The translations under genes and the position numbers were made by a program. From Tubiluchus corallicola (lineage: Eukaryota > Animalia > Priapulida), in the NCBI GenBank assembly GCA_030141605.1, contig JAQGDQ010000539.1, positions 1 to 64,000 on the forward strand: a stretch of DNA of 64,000 nucleotides. The letters run 5' to 3'. This document shows positions 49,401 to 62,400 of this stretch, piece after piece (the stretch's first letter is position 1; the number at the start of each line of letters is the position of its first letter). The notes under the pieces are model-generated. The model was not told the DNA's origin, searched no databases, and was given only the letters and a program-made list of their open reading frames with translations.

Positions 49401-49869
49401 GACATGCTGATTTGCATTGTACCAGCAGACAGTGCCGTATTAGGTATAACCTAAATAAGCTACAGCTTAGGCCCTTACAATCTGCAATGAGCCTCAAGAA
49501 GATTCTAAATTTGGTTTTATATTCGTTTTTATAATTAAGTAATACTTTAATCATAAAATAATTTGTATTGTTCACTTTGTTATTAAGTAGTGAAAAGGTG
49601 TAATAATTATATTTTCAAGTTTTTTTGGGACCAGCGGTGTAATTTAAAAAAGAGGCTCTCAAGCCGTCTTTATGTAGCTTAGGGCCGAGTTTAAATCGAC
49701 ACGTTTCTACTGTATCAAATTAGTTATACTATTTTATTTGCCAGATTAGACTAAAACGTTATTTCAGGCAAAAACGTCCCATATATCTAAATAAATATTT
49801 ATATAATTACAAATAAAACTAAGATAACATTGACATAATAAAAATAATTGCAAATTCACTAAAATGGCC

Positions 49870-50140
49870 CTAAAACTTATATAAACTGAAAATTTGGTGT
49901 TAAAAGTTCATTCCACAATTTGAACATATTCGAATACTTCAGAATTCACGATATTAGCATACGTGTTATTTGAGAACAGCAGTCTATTTCTAAGGCTATG
50001 TGGAGATTTTCTACGCGAATGAACAAACTGTGATAATTGGAGATTCGTGCACATGCCTGCTGTACTACAATCATATCTTAATTTAAAAAGCTTTCGTATT
50101 CCATTGTTATAAGTTACCCGGATAGAGCTTAATGTACCAA
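49870..50140 (-). mobile_element. LINE 3' fragment
   Basis: VTYNNGIRKLFKLRYDCSTAGMC resembles the end of a CR1/L2-group ORF2. Confidence 0.45.
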
Positions 50141-50519
50141 CATTGTGGGGGAGACCGGGGCTGGTTGTAACATTTCGTATATTTTCTCTTGTAAATGCAT
50201 AAACGCCTAGTGAGTGTGTCATAGATTATTAACCAGACAAAGTACACACCCTCTACAAACGTAGTCATTAACATTGTAAAGGATTATGAACCCACAGTGA
50301 TGTCAAGAAACATAAAAACGTAACTACAAGCCCCTCACTCGGGGTATATTGTAACACAGTCTGGGGCCAAATAAAATATCAGTTATTATAATCAGTTATT
50401 TAGTAGTAATATAGTAATATATAATATAGTAGTATAGTAGTAGTAGTAGTAATAGACATTTTATTTAGTAGTAAGATATAACATTAACACAAACAAAGCT
50501 TAAGTGTCTCTCTTAGCTT

Positions 50520-50932
50520 CGTTTGTGTTATTTTTCGAATTTTTTGCTAATTTTCCCCTTAGAAAAAGCGTTCTAGCGGCGTTCAGTGGGCCTCTTGGAA
50601 GGAGATATGTAGCTCTTTAGAAAGAGGAAGAACAGGGCTACACGGTGATGTGAGCTGCATTTTAGGACGCTTCCTTCCTGATGAGCTGTGATGAGTTGAT
50701 TGGAGATTCCATTTCGCACGATTTTCGCGTGGAAAACTGCTGACGCAAAGCCATTGTTCTGACGTCAACCATTATAACCTTATAACTTTAATTCAGTAAA
50801 AGCTGCTACTGGCCTTGCGTTAAAAATGAGGACTATGCGGGTTGTTCGCTCATTGTTGATTATAAGTGGATTCATACGCAAATTTTTTGCGGGGCCTTTG
50901 CTGGTCTATATATTAATTTCGCTGGTATGGGC

Positions 50933-50972
<40 letters not shown>

Positions 50973-51709
50973 ACTCGAGGCTACAGCACCGACGACGGCA
51001 CCATTTGCGGCGATCTATATATCAAACAAACGGTCTCGATCTAGTGTCGTGCCATTGGGGGTTTATTTTTCGAATCGGGCCCACCGGGAGGAACAGGAGG
51101 CGAAAAAACTCCAAAAATGGCCATTTTCGGCCGTTTTTTGCAAAATTTATGCCTCTTATTTCTGGAGAACGGGAATGGACATGGGGTAGTGCAGGCCATG
51201 GATAGATAGCCAGTTCAACGGTGGGTGTAGTAGGCGTATTTAGAATTTGCGAGAGGGCCACGGCGTCCCGCAACGGGCGTTTTCCCTGACCCAACTCCGG
51301 ATTTTTTCGAAATTTTGGTCAAACAGCCTGCAGGAAAAACATTCTAGCGGCGCGTGGTGGGACGTTCGAAAGGAGATATATGGCTATTTAGAAAGAGCTG
51401 GAACAGGGCTACACGATGGTGTGGGCTGTATTTTAGGACGCTTCCTTTCCAAGGAGTTGTGATGAGTTGATTTGAGGTTCCATTTCGCACGGTTTTCGCT
51501 TGGAAAACTGCTGACGCAAAGCCATTGTTCTGACGTCATCCATTATACTTTGCTTATAAAATTGTAACTTTAATTCAGTAAAAGCTGCTGGCTTTGCATT
51601 ATAAATGAGGACTATGTAGGGTGTTCGCATATTTTTGATTATGAGTGTATTTATACGCAAAAATTTTTGCCGAGCCTTTGCTAGTCTATATATTAATTTC
51701 GCTGGTATG

Positions 51710-51776
<67 letters not shown>

Positions 51777-51945
51777 CATATAGGATTCGAGGCTACAGCT
51801 CCGATGACGGTACCATTTGCGGCGATCTATATATCAAACGAAAGGTCTCGACCTAGTGTCATGCCATTGATGGTTTATTTTTCCAATTGGGCCCATCGGG
51901 AGGAAAGGGGGGGGCAAAAATGGCCATTTTTCGGTCGGTTTTTTG
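50520..51945 (+). mobile_element. Head-to-tail tandem array of a 780-bp non-autonomous Helitron-like element
   Basis: Complete unit 50905-51684 starts TCTATATATT, has an internal (TA)n, and ends with hairpin GCAAAAATTTTTGC then CTAG. Junctions are CTGG|TC (50904/50905) and CTAG|TC (51684/51685). Flanking units are truncated. Confidence 0.75.
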
Positions 51946-51984
51946 CTATCCTGCAATACTTACCAACTTGAAAGGTAAAGCAGA

Positions 51985-52170
51985 CCCTTTGGCTTAAGTC
52001 TCTCAAGATATTTTTGTAAAGGCTATGCAGGAAATACTTGAAGGATTACTTTGTGTTGTCAGCATCCATGATGACGTTGCTCTGCATGGTCATAATGTCT
52101 CTGACCATGACAAGAATGTTCATCTCCTTATATGCAGAGAGCAGGAGTGAAAGGCCTAGTTTTTAGCCTA
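51985..52170 (+). mobile_element. Gypsy RT fragment
   Basis: PFGL..SQDIFVKAMQEILEGL..VVSIHDDVALHG....DHDKNV. Confidence 0.65.
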
Positions 52171-52479
52171 ATTGTCCAAGTATTATTAAACACTAATTGG
52201 ATGTTCTTATTTTTCTAAATGCTGTATTAAGTAAATTACTTAAAATTTGTATGCCAACATGCTTTATTAGTATTTTAGCGTCAATTACAAATTATTTACC
52301 TTTCACTGATACTCACCTTTTGGCATAATATGTCATGTTCATTTGCTGTGTTTCAAATTTGCAGAGTTCTGTGTGTTCAGCTCTAGTCAGAATTTGTCTT
52401 TTAAGAACTAATGTTCATAATTATACTTGCAAATCATTCTTCTGAAATTATTATTAATATGGGGGATGTTATATCGGTA

Positions 52480-54532
52480 GAACAGTGGAAAATATTCAAA
52501 GAAGCAGTAACAGCAGTTGCAGATGAACAGATCGGCAGAAGAAGGGGTAACAGAAAAAAATGTGGATACAAGAAAAAACTTGGGAATTAATTGATGAAAG
52601 AAAGAAGACTAAGCAAATGAGAGACCAAGCAAAAACACCAGAAAGCAGGAGCCAAGCCAATGAGCAGTACCAACTGGCAGATAGAGCAGTAAAAAGACGT
52701 TGCAGGAGGGACAAGAACGAATGGTTTGAAAAGAAGGGTGAAGAAGCACAGTTAGCAGCCAGCCATAATGATACCAAGACTCTCTACAGAATTGTTAAAG
52801 ATCTAACGGGAACAGGAGGCACCCCAGCTGTGCCAATCAAGGACAAAAGTAGTGTGACTCTCACAAAAACAGAACAGCAAAACGCACGATGGGTGGAACG
52901 CTTCAAGGAAGTTCTCAACCAGCCAAACCCAACAACATTATTCAACTTTGAGAATGAAATTGGACAACAACAGCTAGATGTAAGATTGGATAACATCAGT
53001 GAACTGGAAGTCGAAACTGCCATCAAAAAACTAAAGAACAACAAAGCAGCAGGAGAGGACCAAATAACAGCTGAGCTCCTGAAACACGGTAATAAAGGGA
53101 TAACACGATCAATGACAAAGCTCCTGAACAGCTGCTGGGAACAACAAAAGTTCCCCGAAGATTGGAGAAATGGAGTCATCGTGAAGTTGCCTAAAAAAGG
53201 GAACCTGACAGATTGCAATAATTGGAGAGGAATAACTCTGATGTCAATACCTGGAAAAGTCCTGAGTATAGTGCTGCTAGATCGGTTGAGAGATGCTGCT
53301 GATATAAGACTAAGAGAACAACAAGCTGGATTTAGAAAAGGAAGATCATGCTGTGAACAGATATTCACTCTCAGAAACATCATTGAGCAATGTATGGAAT
53401 TCCAACAGCCCTTATTAATCAATTTTATTGATTTCAAGAAGGCTTTTGACTCTGTTCACAGGCAGTCTCTATGGAAAATTGCTTCTCTGTATGGTATCCC
53501 ACAGAAATTCATTTCAACCATCCAGAACTTTTACCAAAACAGCGGCTGTTGTATAAGAACACAAGAGGGAGACACCGAGTATTTCACCATCGAAACTGGA
53601 GTTAAGCAGGGTTGCATTATGTCGCCATTCCTGTTCCTACTGACGATTGATTTCATCATGAACAAGGTGGTTGATGGTAAAGATCTAGGAATGCAATGGA
53701 AACAACAACAACGATTGGCAGATCTGGACTTTGCTGACGATATAGCTCTTCTTGAAACATCAAAAGAAAGCCTTCAACAACTGACCACAAGTATGGAAGA
53801 AGTAGCGGGAAAAATTGGATTGAGAATTAGTCAAGAAAAGACCAAAGTTTTGAAAGTGTGGACAAACCAACAGAATGATGTACATATAACAGTGGGAGGC
53901 CAAATGGTTGAGAACGTTACCAGTTTTTCATATCTGGGCAGTGTGATGACCTGTAATGGAGGTACAGAAAATGACATCAGGGGGAGAATCGGCAAAGCAG
54001 CAGCAGTATTTAGGAAGATGGTAAAAATCTGGACAAGCAAGAAAATTGACATGAAAATCAAACTTCGTCTGTACATCGCCATTGTGCTGCCAACGGCTGT
54101 CTATGCCAGCGAAACCTGGAAAGTCACAGCAGAGTTATCAAAGAAACTGAACGTCTTCCACCAAAAATGCCTTCGAAAGATACTAAAAATCTCCTACCGC
54201 GACCATGTCACCAATGTAGAAGTTCTACAGCGAGCGCAGTCATTGCGGTTACAAGATATAGTTACAGAGAGAAGAATGAAACTGGCTGGACATATTCTCC
54301 GTCTATCAGAAAGTCGCTACGCCAAAACAGCAGTACAGTGGGAACCACCTGGTGGGAAACGAAAAAGAGGTCGGCCAAAAACAACGTGGCGCAGATCCTT
54401 CAAAGAAGACCTTCGAGCTGTCAACAGACGTTGGGAAAACGTAGAGAACGAAGCCGCCGATAGAACTCAGTGGAAAATGCTGTCTGCCCAATGTGCATCA
54501 ATGCACAGGAAGGACTAAGGTCTAAGGTAAGG
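52480..54532 (+). mobile_element. 5'-truncated RTE-clade LINE, young insertion
   Basis: TSD TATATCGGTA at 52470-52479 and 54533-54542; (TAAGG)-type tail right after the stop codon; no endonuclease domain. Confidence 0.93.
52560..54518 (+). CDS. RTE LINE reverse transcriptase ORF (652 aa, N-terminally truncated)
   Basis: NWRGITL, QAGFR, FIDFKKAFDSV, GVKQGC, DFADD, YLGS, GKRKRGRPK motifs; ORF uninterrupted. Confidence 0.9.
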   Translation: MWIQEKTWELIDERKKTKQMRDQAKTPESRSQANEQYQLADRAVKRRCRRDKNEWFEKKGEEAQLAASHNDTKTLYRIVKDLTGTGGTPAVPIKDKSSVTLTKTEQQNARWVERFKEVLNQPNPTTLFNFENEIGQQQLDVRLDNISELEVETAIKKLKNNKAAGEDQITAELLKHGNKGITRSMTKLLNSCWEQQKFPEDWRNGVIVKLPKKGNLTDCNNWRGITLMSIPGKVLSIVLLDRLRDAADIRLREQQAGFRKGRSCCEQIFTLRNIIEQCMEFQQPLLINFIDFKKAFDSVHRQSLWKIASLYGIPQKFISTIQNFYQNSGCCIRTQEGDTEYFTIETGVKQGCIMSPFLFLLTIDFIMNKVVDGKDLGMQWKQQQRLADLDFADDIALLETSKESLQQLTTSMEEVAGKIGLRISQEKTKVLKVWTNQQNDVHITVGGQMVENVTSFSYLGSVMTCNGGTENDIRGRIGKAAAVFRKMVKIWTSKKIDMKIKLRLYIAIVLPTAVYASETWKVTAELSKKLNVFHQKCLRKILKISYRDHVTNVEVLQRAQSLRLQDIVTERRMKLAGHILRLSESRYAKTAVQWEPPGGKRKRGRPKTTWRRSFKEDLRAVNRRWENVENEAADRTQWKMLSAQCASMHRKD

Positions 54533-54997
54533 TATATCGGTATTATAGTTCGCTAATAAATTGCGCCATGAGCACAGTTGCAGCTCACCAAAATCTTTTC
54601 ATCGTTGTATGTCTTTGATTTGGATTTCAATTTAGATTGATTAAAACGTTATTTTCAGTCTACTATTCTAAAAACTTGTCAGTGGAGCAAGCATAAAACA
54701 CATCTTAATTGAAAAGCGTCCAGATTGGTCTCTGCTTTGCAGGTCAGTAAGAAGTGCATTTATTGGCTTTGCAGACAGTGACCAGAGCCTTCCAGTAAAA
54801 CAGAAGCAGAAGTGGCAGTTGCTTTAGTGGAGGGCTCTGACAGTGACGTTGCATGTGCCTGGTGACATGTGCGCAGTATCAAACCTGCCTACTTTCAAAT
54901 TACGGCACAAGTTTAGTCCGTTTTTTATGAAAGGAAGGAAGGAAGGACGGCAGTAACTGTGACTACAAACATTAATTTTGAGATGAATAAAAGGCCT

Positions 54998-55190
<193 letters not shown>

Positions 55191-55671
55191 GCTATTGACG
55201 GCACGACAGATTTTCAATTAACATGCTATACTTTAATGCAATAATTGTTCTGTAATGGATTCATTGTTTGGGTACCCTCTAACAAAGAGATAATTTTATT
55301 TTACACCCTGTATTATTACGGCTATATTCATATTCATCCAAGGTCATTTTCTTTTTTAAATTTTCGGAAGGAGCCCACACTGTTTAAATACCCTAGCCCT
55401 AACCCTAACTCAACCCTAACCATAACCCTAATCCTAATGCACTTCACGAACTAATTTCTTGTGTGTGTGGAATTGTAAGCTTTAGTCAAATTTTCTTATT
55501 CCATTTACCCAAATTTTAATATTTCACCTAAATGTGAATTGATTTTCACAATTTCTCATTTACCCTTCGCAAAATTATTAATCATTCAAATAAGTGCACC
55601 ATGTAGTCTAAGAGGATCTAAGTCGTATGTTGCTCCCACATTTGTATTTTGTTGTATTCTGTGTTTTTAAA

Positions 55672-55850
55672 TCATCATCATCATCATCTCTGGAGTCACA
55701 CGCCCTCTGACATGACTTTTGCAATCACTTTAGTCCATGCGGCCCTGTCACTCGCAACCTCCCATGTCTCTATGTTTTTGATATCTAATGGCGTGTTGAT
55801 AAGATCTTTTTGGATGAAATTGGTGTAAATCAGCAGCTGTGCTCCTTGCA
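55672..55850 (-). mobile_element. RTE-like LINE 3' end remnant
   Basis: Minus strand reads WEVASDRAAWTKVI followed by a (GAT)n tail at 55672-55688. Confidence 0.6.
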
Positions 55851-56051
55851 GTTTCTTTTATTGTGTTTTTTGAGCGTATGCGAAATAAAACAATTTAAGT
55901 CATGTGCTTTGCAACCAAAGATAGAAAAAAGTAATGCGCTCGAAACGTTTTGAAGATAAACCATATCGGCGATAGCCTTATTGTACAAATTTGTTTTTTA
56001 GTATTATAGTTTTTACAGTAGTTCGAAACTCGATTAAATCTCTTAAACATA

Positions 56052-56618
56052 ATGGCTTCGGAGGACAAGCAAGATGATGAGCTACAGTTAGGGCCTCGAC
56101 CTGGTATAATATACCCTTTACATCTTGTGTATTGTGGGGAATGTACAATGCCGTTAGAGTACTGTGAGTTTCATCCGAACATTGACAAATGCAAAATTTG
56201 GCTGGAGAAGAACTTGCCAAACTTGTTTGAGAATATGTACCTAAACAAAGATAGAGACCCTAAAGGCGACAATGGAGATAGTGAAACAAAGGAAAAAAAA
56301 CGGCAAACTCGTGGTGGTCGTGGACAGATAAAAGCTCATAAGAAAAAAAGTGGGCCGCAAAAAGTCTGTTTATCTAGAGCTTCACGCGGGAAAAGAAAGT
56401 TTGTTACTGTTGTGACGGGATTGAACACTTTTGATATCGATTTAAAGGTTGCAGCAAAATTTTTTGGTACGAAATTCGCCTGCGGGTCATCAGTTACAGG
56501 CGATGATGAAATTGTAATTCAAGGAGACTGTAAAGACGAGATTTTTGACTTGATAACTGAGAAATGGCCTGAGATTGACGATGATTTAATTGAAGATCTT
56601 GGTGATCAAAAAAGATAA
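56052..56618 (+). CDS. DENR: Density-regulated protein (DENR/Tma22), intronless CDS, 188 aa
   Basis: N-terminal zinc site [14 protein letters not shown]...[13 protein letters not shown]1 domain [20 protein letters not shown]-terminal IEDLGD. Confidence 0.97.
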   Translation: MASEDKQDDELQLGPRPGIIYPLHLVYCGECTMPLEYCEFHPNIDKCKIWLEKNLPNLFENMYLNKDRDPKGDNGDSETKEKKRQTRGGRGQIKAHKKKSGPQKVCLSRASRGKRKFVTVVTGLNTFDIDLKVAAKFFGTKFACGSSVTGDDEIVIQGDCKDEIFDLITEKWPEIDDDLIEDLGDQKR

Positions 56619-57439
56619 GACTATCAGATTTTGGAATTGTCATAAAATTTGAAATTTTTGAAGTATATTTGAAATTTGTAAAGTAACTATATAAAAGGCT
56701 AACTGAAATAATGTTTATAATATTACAAATGTAGCATAATTGAATTTAATCTTTATTGTGCTTTGTCAAACTATCACATTTTACCATGAACTAAGGAACA
56801 GTTGTCTTCTTTATGATTAATAATTAAGTAAGAACTTGAACAAACTTGTTTTTGCAGAATTAAAACTTATGTTATATTATTATGCATTTAAGTTTGTTCA
56901 CTTGTCAGAGTATCCATTTGTTTTCTTTTCAATAAACAGCCATGAAGTAACTATATTTAAACAACAAAACTTGATTCCTTGATATCTAAATTTTTATAAT
57001 AATTATTATTATTAGAAGAAATTTATTCATTCTGCATACCAGTATCTAAACTAAGTTCATTTACAGGCTCTACAGATAAAACTTTAATAGACCTGCATAA
57101 TGAAGCATAATTAAAAAGTAACCTTCGGATCATCCAAATATTCGGATCACCAAATGTTTTTCTCCAATGTTAGTATAAAAATATCCAGTCCAGTAAACTT
57201 GGGTTGTAATCACTAAAGGTTCGGTAAGAATTCTGTAAATTGAAGTTACTGAAGTAGCTAAAATCAGTGGGGGTGTTGCTTCAAAAAAAATTTAGCCGTT
57301 GTTTTAATATTGTGTAAAACTAAACAAACATATATAGAAAATTTATGCGAAAATTTGATAAAATCCCGAAAAAATTATTTTTTAGTTACCATGATAAGTG
57401 TGAATACTATAAGCCGTCTGTCACATGTAATGGCATGCG

Positions 57440-58260
57440 TTTTTCTAAATAGGGTATTTCCTCTTGTCCCAAAAAATGGAGGCTTTGAAAAATGCTCTTC
57501 CTCCAGAAATGTTTCCCAGTGTCGCAGCCTGTTGGGCATGGCCAACAGGCTCACTAAAAACTATTCTACCATCACAGGTTCCATACGATAGTTGGTTAAA
57601 AAGAACAGTACTTTTAAATGGGGCAAGCCCAGGAAAAGGCTTTTGAACAGCTCAAACAGAATTTGTCTTCTGATGCACTAATGGTGTACTTTGATCCTAA
57701 TAAAGAAGCGCTTATGCAGGAAAGTAAAATTGTCTCATGGTAGTAAATCCTTAACTGAAACAGAATGTCTATGCTCTCAAATAGAAGATAGAGAGAAGCA
57801 TATGCAATTGTCTGGTCATGTCACCATGTCAGATTGTACTTGCTTGGTAAACCATTTACACATTTTACAGCAATAACAGATCACAAGCCATTAATTGGTA
57901 TTGTTACTGGGGCGAAATGCCATTTATTGTGATGGTTCATTTCGTTACGAAGCCTTTGCATGTCAGCACTACATATGGAATGGCCTCGTCGGTTCAGTGG
58001 GCTGACGGGCAGGTGCGTTTTCCACCTCAGCACCTGTTTCATGACAACCAGCATGGAGCACAATGGAGTAAATATCTGGTGAGTTATCTCTCTAATTCTT
58101 TAATTTCACCTTTATTGCTGTTTTTTACGTTTTCGGAGCACAGCAGCATCCGATCAACCATTAGTAATTTAATAACCCGCGATCTAAACCCTCAACAGGT
58201 ATTGAAACTTCTTAAACTCCAGAATTATGAGTTTTAAGTTGTGTATGAAAAAGAGTACAC
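57440..58260 (+). mobile_element. Decayed Gypsy RT/RNase H fragment interrupted by an unrelated insert
   Basis: NVSQCRSLLGMAN, FKWG, AFEQLKQNLSS...YFDPNK, GSKSLTETE..SQIE, TDHKPL, LKLQNYEF. Confidence 0.7.
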
Positions 58261-58264
58261 TTAT

Positions 58265-59437
58265 AATCAATAATACGCAAACATCCTACATAGTCCTCAC
58301 TGCAAAGCCAGCAGCAGCTTCTACTGAATTAAAGTTATAAGGTTATAGGCAGAGTATAACGGATGACGTCAGAACAATGACTTTGCGTCAGCAGTTTTCC
58401 AAGCGAAAATCATGCGAAATGGAGCCCCCAATCAACTCATCACAGCTCATCAGGAAGGAAGCGTCCTAAAATGCAGCTCACATCACCGTGTAGCCCTGTT
58501 CTTCCTCATTCTAAAGAGCCGTATATATATATACATACCAGCGAAATTAATATATTGACTAGCAAAGGCCCCGCAAAAAATTTTGCGTATAAATACACTC
58601 GTAATCAAAAATACGCGAACATCCTACCTAATGTTCGTTTATTTACTTAACGCAAAGCCAGCAGCAGCAGCTTTTACTGAATTAAAGATATAGGCAGAGT
58701 ATAATGGTGACGTCAGAACAATGGCTTTGCGTCAGCAGTTTTCCAAGCGAAAATTGCCGAAAATAGAACATCGTCGACAATTCTCTTGGTGGACGTATTC
58801 TAAAGCACGGCCCATATCATCGTGTAGCCCTGTTCTTGCTCTTTCGAGAGAGCCATATATCTCCTTTCGAGAGTCCCACCAGGCACTGCTAGAACGTTTT
58901 TCTACAGGCTGTTTGACCAAAATTTTGAAAAAATCGCGAGTTGGGTCCGGGAAAACGTCTGTTGCGAGACGCCGTGGCCCTCTCGCGAATTCTAAATATG
59001 CCTACTAAACCCACCGGTGGACGGGCTATCTATCCATGGCCAGCACCACCCCCGGTCCGTTCCTGTTCTTCAGAAATAAGAGGAATAATTTTTGCAAAAA
59101 GCGGCTGAAAAATGGCCATTTTTGGAGGTTTTTTGCCTGCCGTTCCTCCCAGTGGGCCCGATTCCAAAAATAAATCCCCAATGGCACGACACTAGATCGA
59201 GACCTTTCATTTGATATATAGATCGCCGCAAATGGTGCCATCGTCGGTGCTGTAGCCTCGAGTCATATATATAAGACTCGAAGCTACAGCACCGACGACG
59301 GCACCATCGGCGATCTATATATCAAATGAAAGGTCTCGATCTAGTGTCGTGCCATTGGGCCTCGAGTATATATATATTATATATGTATATATATATATAT
59401 ATATTAAGCCCATACCAGCGAAATTAATATTATACGA
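58265..59437 (-). mobile_element. Second tandem cluster of the same Helitron-like family, inverted
   Basis: Reverse-complement homology to 50520-51945. Minus-strand CTAG|TC junction at 58559/58558; apparent 5' end A|TC at 59437; internal foldback at 59177-59359. Confidence 0.75.
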
Positions 59438-62400
59438 TAAAAAAATCGAAACAGAGATATAGCACGAGAGTGAGATTGTGCAACGAAAGATACTGTCTCG
59501 GTATTTACGTGCGAATACCTTAAAGTTCTTAAACCATGTATATGTGGACCATATAGTTCACATTTCCATTGATTATTCTCATATTTATCATAACTGGAGT
59601 TGTCAGAGACGTCCTCATAAGCCTATTAAATGCATGGGAAAAGCTGAGTGAGTTCTCTTCCAAATATAATGAATCATTTCTTTTTGGTTTCGATAATTAA
59701 TCGTTTTAACTAGATTATTCTTTTACTGAATAACTATGGATTCCAAAATAAAATCATAATATCACAACCCTTTTTCTCGATAGATTGATCATATAGTTTA
59801 TCTAGCCGTATCGAGTGATCATGAATTAATTTTATAGATTGTGTAGATTTTATATAGATTATATAGATTCGCTTTCTGTTCGCTATGAGGTGATTGATCG
59901 CTTTTCAGTCACCTGACTCCGAGGGCTTTAGTTAAGTCTATCAGGCAATGATACTGTCCTTCAAGACTTTCACTTCGACCTTGCGTTGTGAGTGGAGGTC
60001 TTCTTCCCTCGAGTTAACAAGCGTTGCTCCCGCAATTGAGCTTTAGTACAATGCGAATCTCTCAAGTTCGTATCTAGGATTTAGTGTTGCTTTACTTTGA
60101 ATGCTATTAATCATACAAGAACTCGTTATCTACGTTACCACAGTGAATAGAATTTATTCGATTACAGAATACACGTTATCTAGTCTGGATCACTTTACAA
60201 GATTTGCTCTTATACGCCGGTGGGCGCTTACAATTAGAGTATAGCTCGAGAGAAGATGCTTATTCACTTTAATTGACAACGATTCAGTATGCTGCACTTA
60301 TGGTGCTTAATACAATGTGAAACTACAGTTATGCAGAGTTATTCTCAGATACAAATATGTTGAATTCACTTAACTTGTGGATTGACCAATGTACCCATAC
60401 ACTTGGTCAACTCCAGATACCTTAACGAGACTTCGTTGCTCCAGTGCTCAGTCTTTGGCTGAGAACGCAGAATTCTCTACGCTGGGCTAAAACGATGCTC
60501 CTCTCGTCTAGAAGACTGTCTCGGACACACTACGGTGGCAATCACTGTCAGACTCTCCCCCGATTCACTCATGTCACCCCTCGTGTGTGCAAAGCTCTAG
60601 TCTAATACCAGAGTTTATATCTTTGAGAGCTGACCTTCGCAAAAGATTGCACCATATGGTAACATCCAACAACACCGGCGACAGATGCTACCACCCGTCA
60701 AGAGACTTCTGATTTTACAATCAGCAAGGTGTTCTCTTGAATTCCATCGCCCTTTGAGATCTTCCTACCGTCGTCGGCAAATCTTCAGATTTCTCTCTCT
60801 AATGTCGCTGAGCACTGATAGAGACCTTGGCTGCTATCATAAAGTCACTTCTATGCGACATCTAAATCGCTACCGAACTTCTCTTAATTAGTTCTAACTC
60901 TGCATGTATCTATTCAAGACAATAGTGTCTTCCTTAGACAAGACACCTGTATTTCTACAATTTCCTATACAAGACACCTGCATCTCTATAACACGTGTGA
61001 CAATTCGTGTCGCATTAAATTCGTACTGTCAGCTGGGTGAGTTTCTCTGTCAATCTAATTCAGCTGATAACTCCATTAATTTACTACCAAAATACCGATT
61101 CCTAAATTTATTCACAACAATAACAACTTTCCTCTCCTAAAACTCACCTCAGGTACCCTCGTATTTAATGATCTGATATAAAAATTATTCCTTTGTTTAT
61201 GACCTCTAGTAATCCTATATTACTCTAGCCTTGTAGCTCTAAGATCACAATACAACTTAATGTCTTTACACATTTAATATTACAGCAACATAATATGGGA
61301 CATTCCTTAATCTGGCAGCGAGATACCATGAACCATCGACCATTTGGCTGAAAACGATTCCTAGGACCGGGATCTATGCTCAATAATCTCTCCTGCTCAT
61401 CGGCATCGTTGATTCGCTTCTCTCTACGGGATCAAAATAGTGGCTCGCAAAGTTAGTGTTCCTGAGAGTTTATGAATGTTACTCTCGTGACATGATGTAT
61501 GCCCATGAGTTCGATTTACGTGGGACTCGTTCTTCGGTGTGGACTATTCTCTGCCTAACACTTTATTCCAAAGTCTATTTTCCTTTGATCCTTCATTAGT
61601 TCTTAACGTAGAGAGCCGTATGTCCTGGGCATCCTTCAGACCACGTGGGGATCTTCCTCTTCTTCTTTACCATCTCATCTATTTCAGCAGCTACATTCAT
61701 CTTTCCCCGCATGTCTTCTATTTTATCCGTCCCTGAATATTTCCTGCAACGTAAAGTATACCGCAGTATCTTCGCACTAATAATGTTAGTCATGAGAATT
61801 TATACAAACATATACATAATACATGACACAGTGAATTCGCTTCACTTCCTCTAATATTGCAACTGCATTGTTCCAGTGTGCTAATACCTATGTCAGTCCC
61901 TGTATAATATACTAATTTAGGTCACTAGTGCTAATCCCACTCATACTTCGTGGACTAATTCTTCCATTCCAACTATTTGTGTAGGCAGTTGAGTTCTTTC
62001 ACTCAACTCTATCTCCCCCGGTGGATCCTGTACTGCTTGTTTGACCCTTCTAGTTTTAGCTCTTTACGGGTGTCTCAGGTGGAATCTCAGGTGAGCGAGC
62101 GTTAAGGCATTTAACTCCAGTAATAGGTGGTGAATACCCAGTGCAACATCGAAGTTAATACATACAGATCCCCGCGACATTTTAGGTAGCATATTATTCC
62201 AGTCATTAGTAAAGCAGTAATCAACATTTTAAGTAGCATATTATTCCAGTCATTTGTAAAGCAGTAATCACTCCCCTTATCAAGACCCATTTCCGGTATT
62301 CATGGAGTGTATCTGTTGGGACCGTCTCGCCAGCTTGAGTCTCTGGCGTTTTAATCTCTCCCTATTCTCCTGTACGGAAGTCTTAAAGATCTTCTCAGAT

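Noticed and set aside
52784-54082. Antisense ORFs of 217 and 83 aa
   Set aside because: Shadows of the LINE RT frame.
55391-55437. (CCCTAA)-like run as an interstitial telomere
   Set aside because: Only about 8 degenerate units; such runs are common inside invertebrate interspersed repeats.
62177-62270. 47-bp tandem duplication
   Set aside because: Real but an ordinary local slippage duplication with no further structure.
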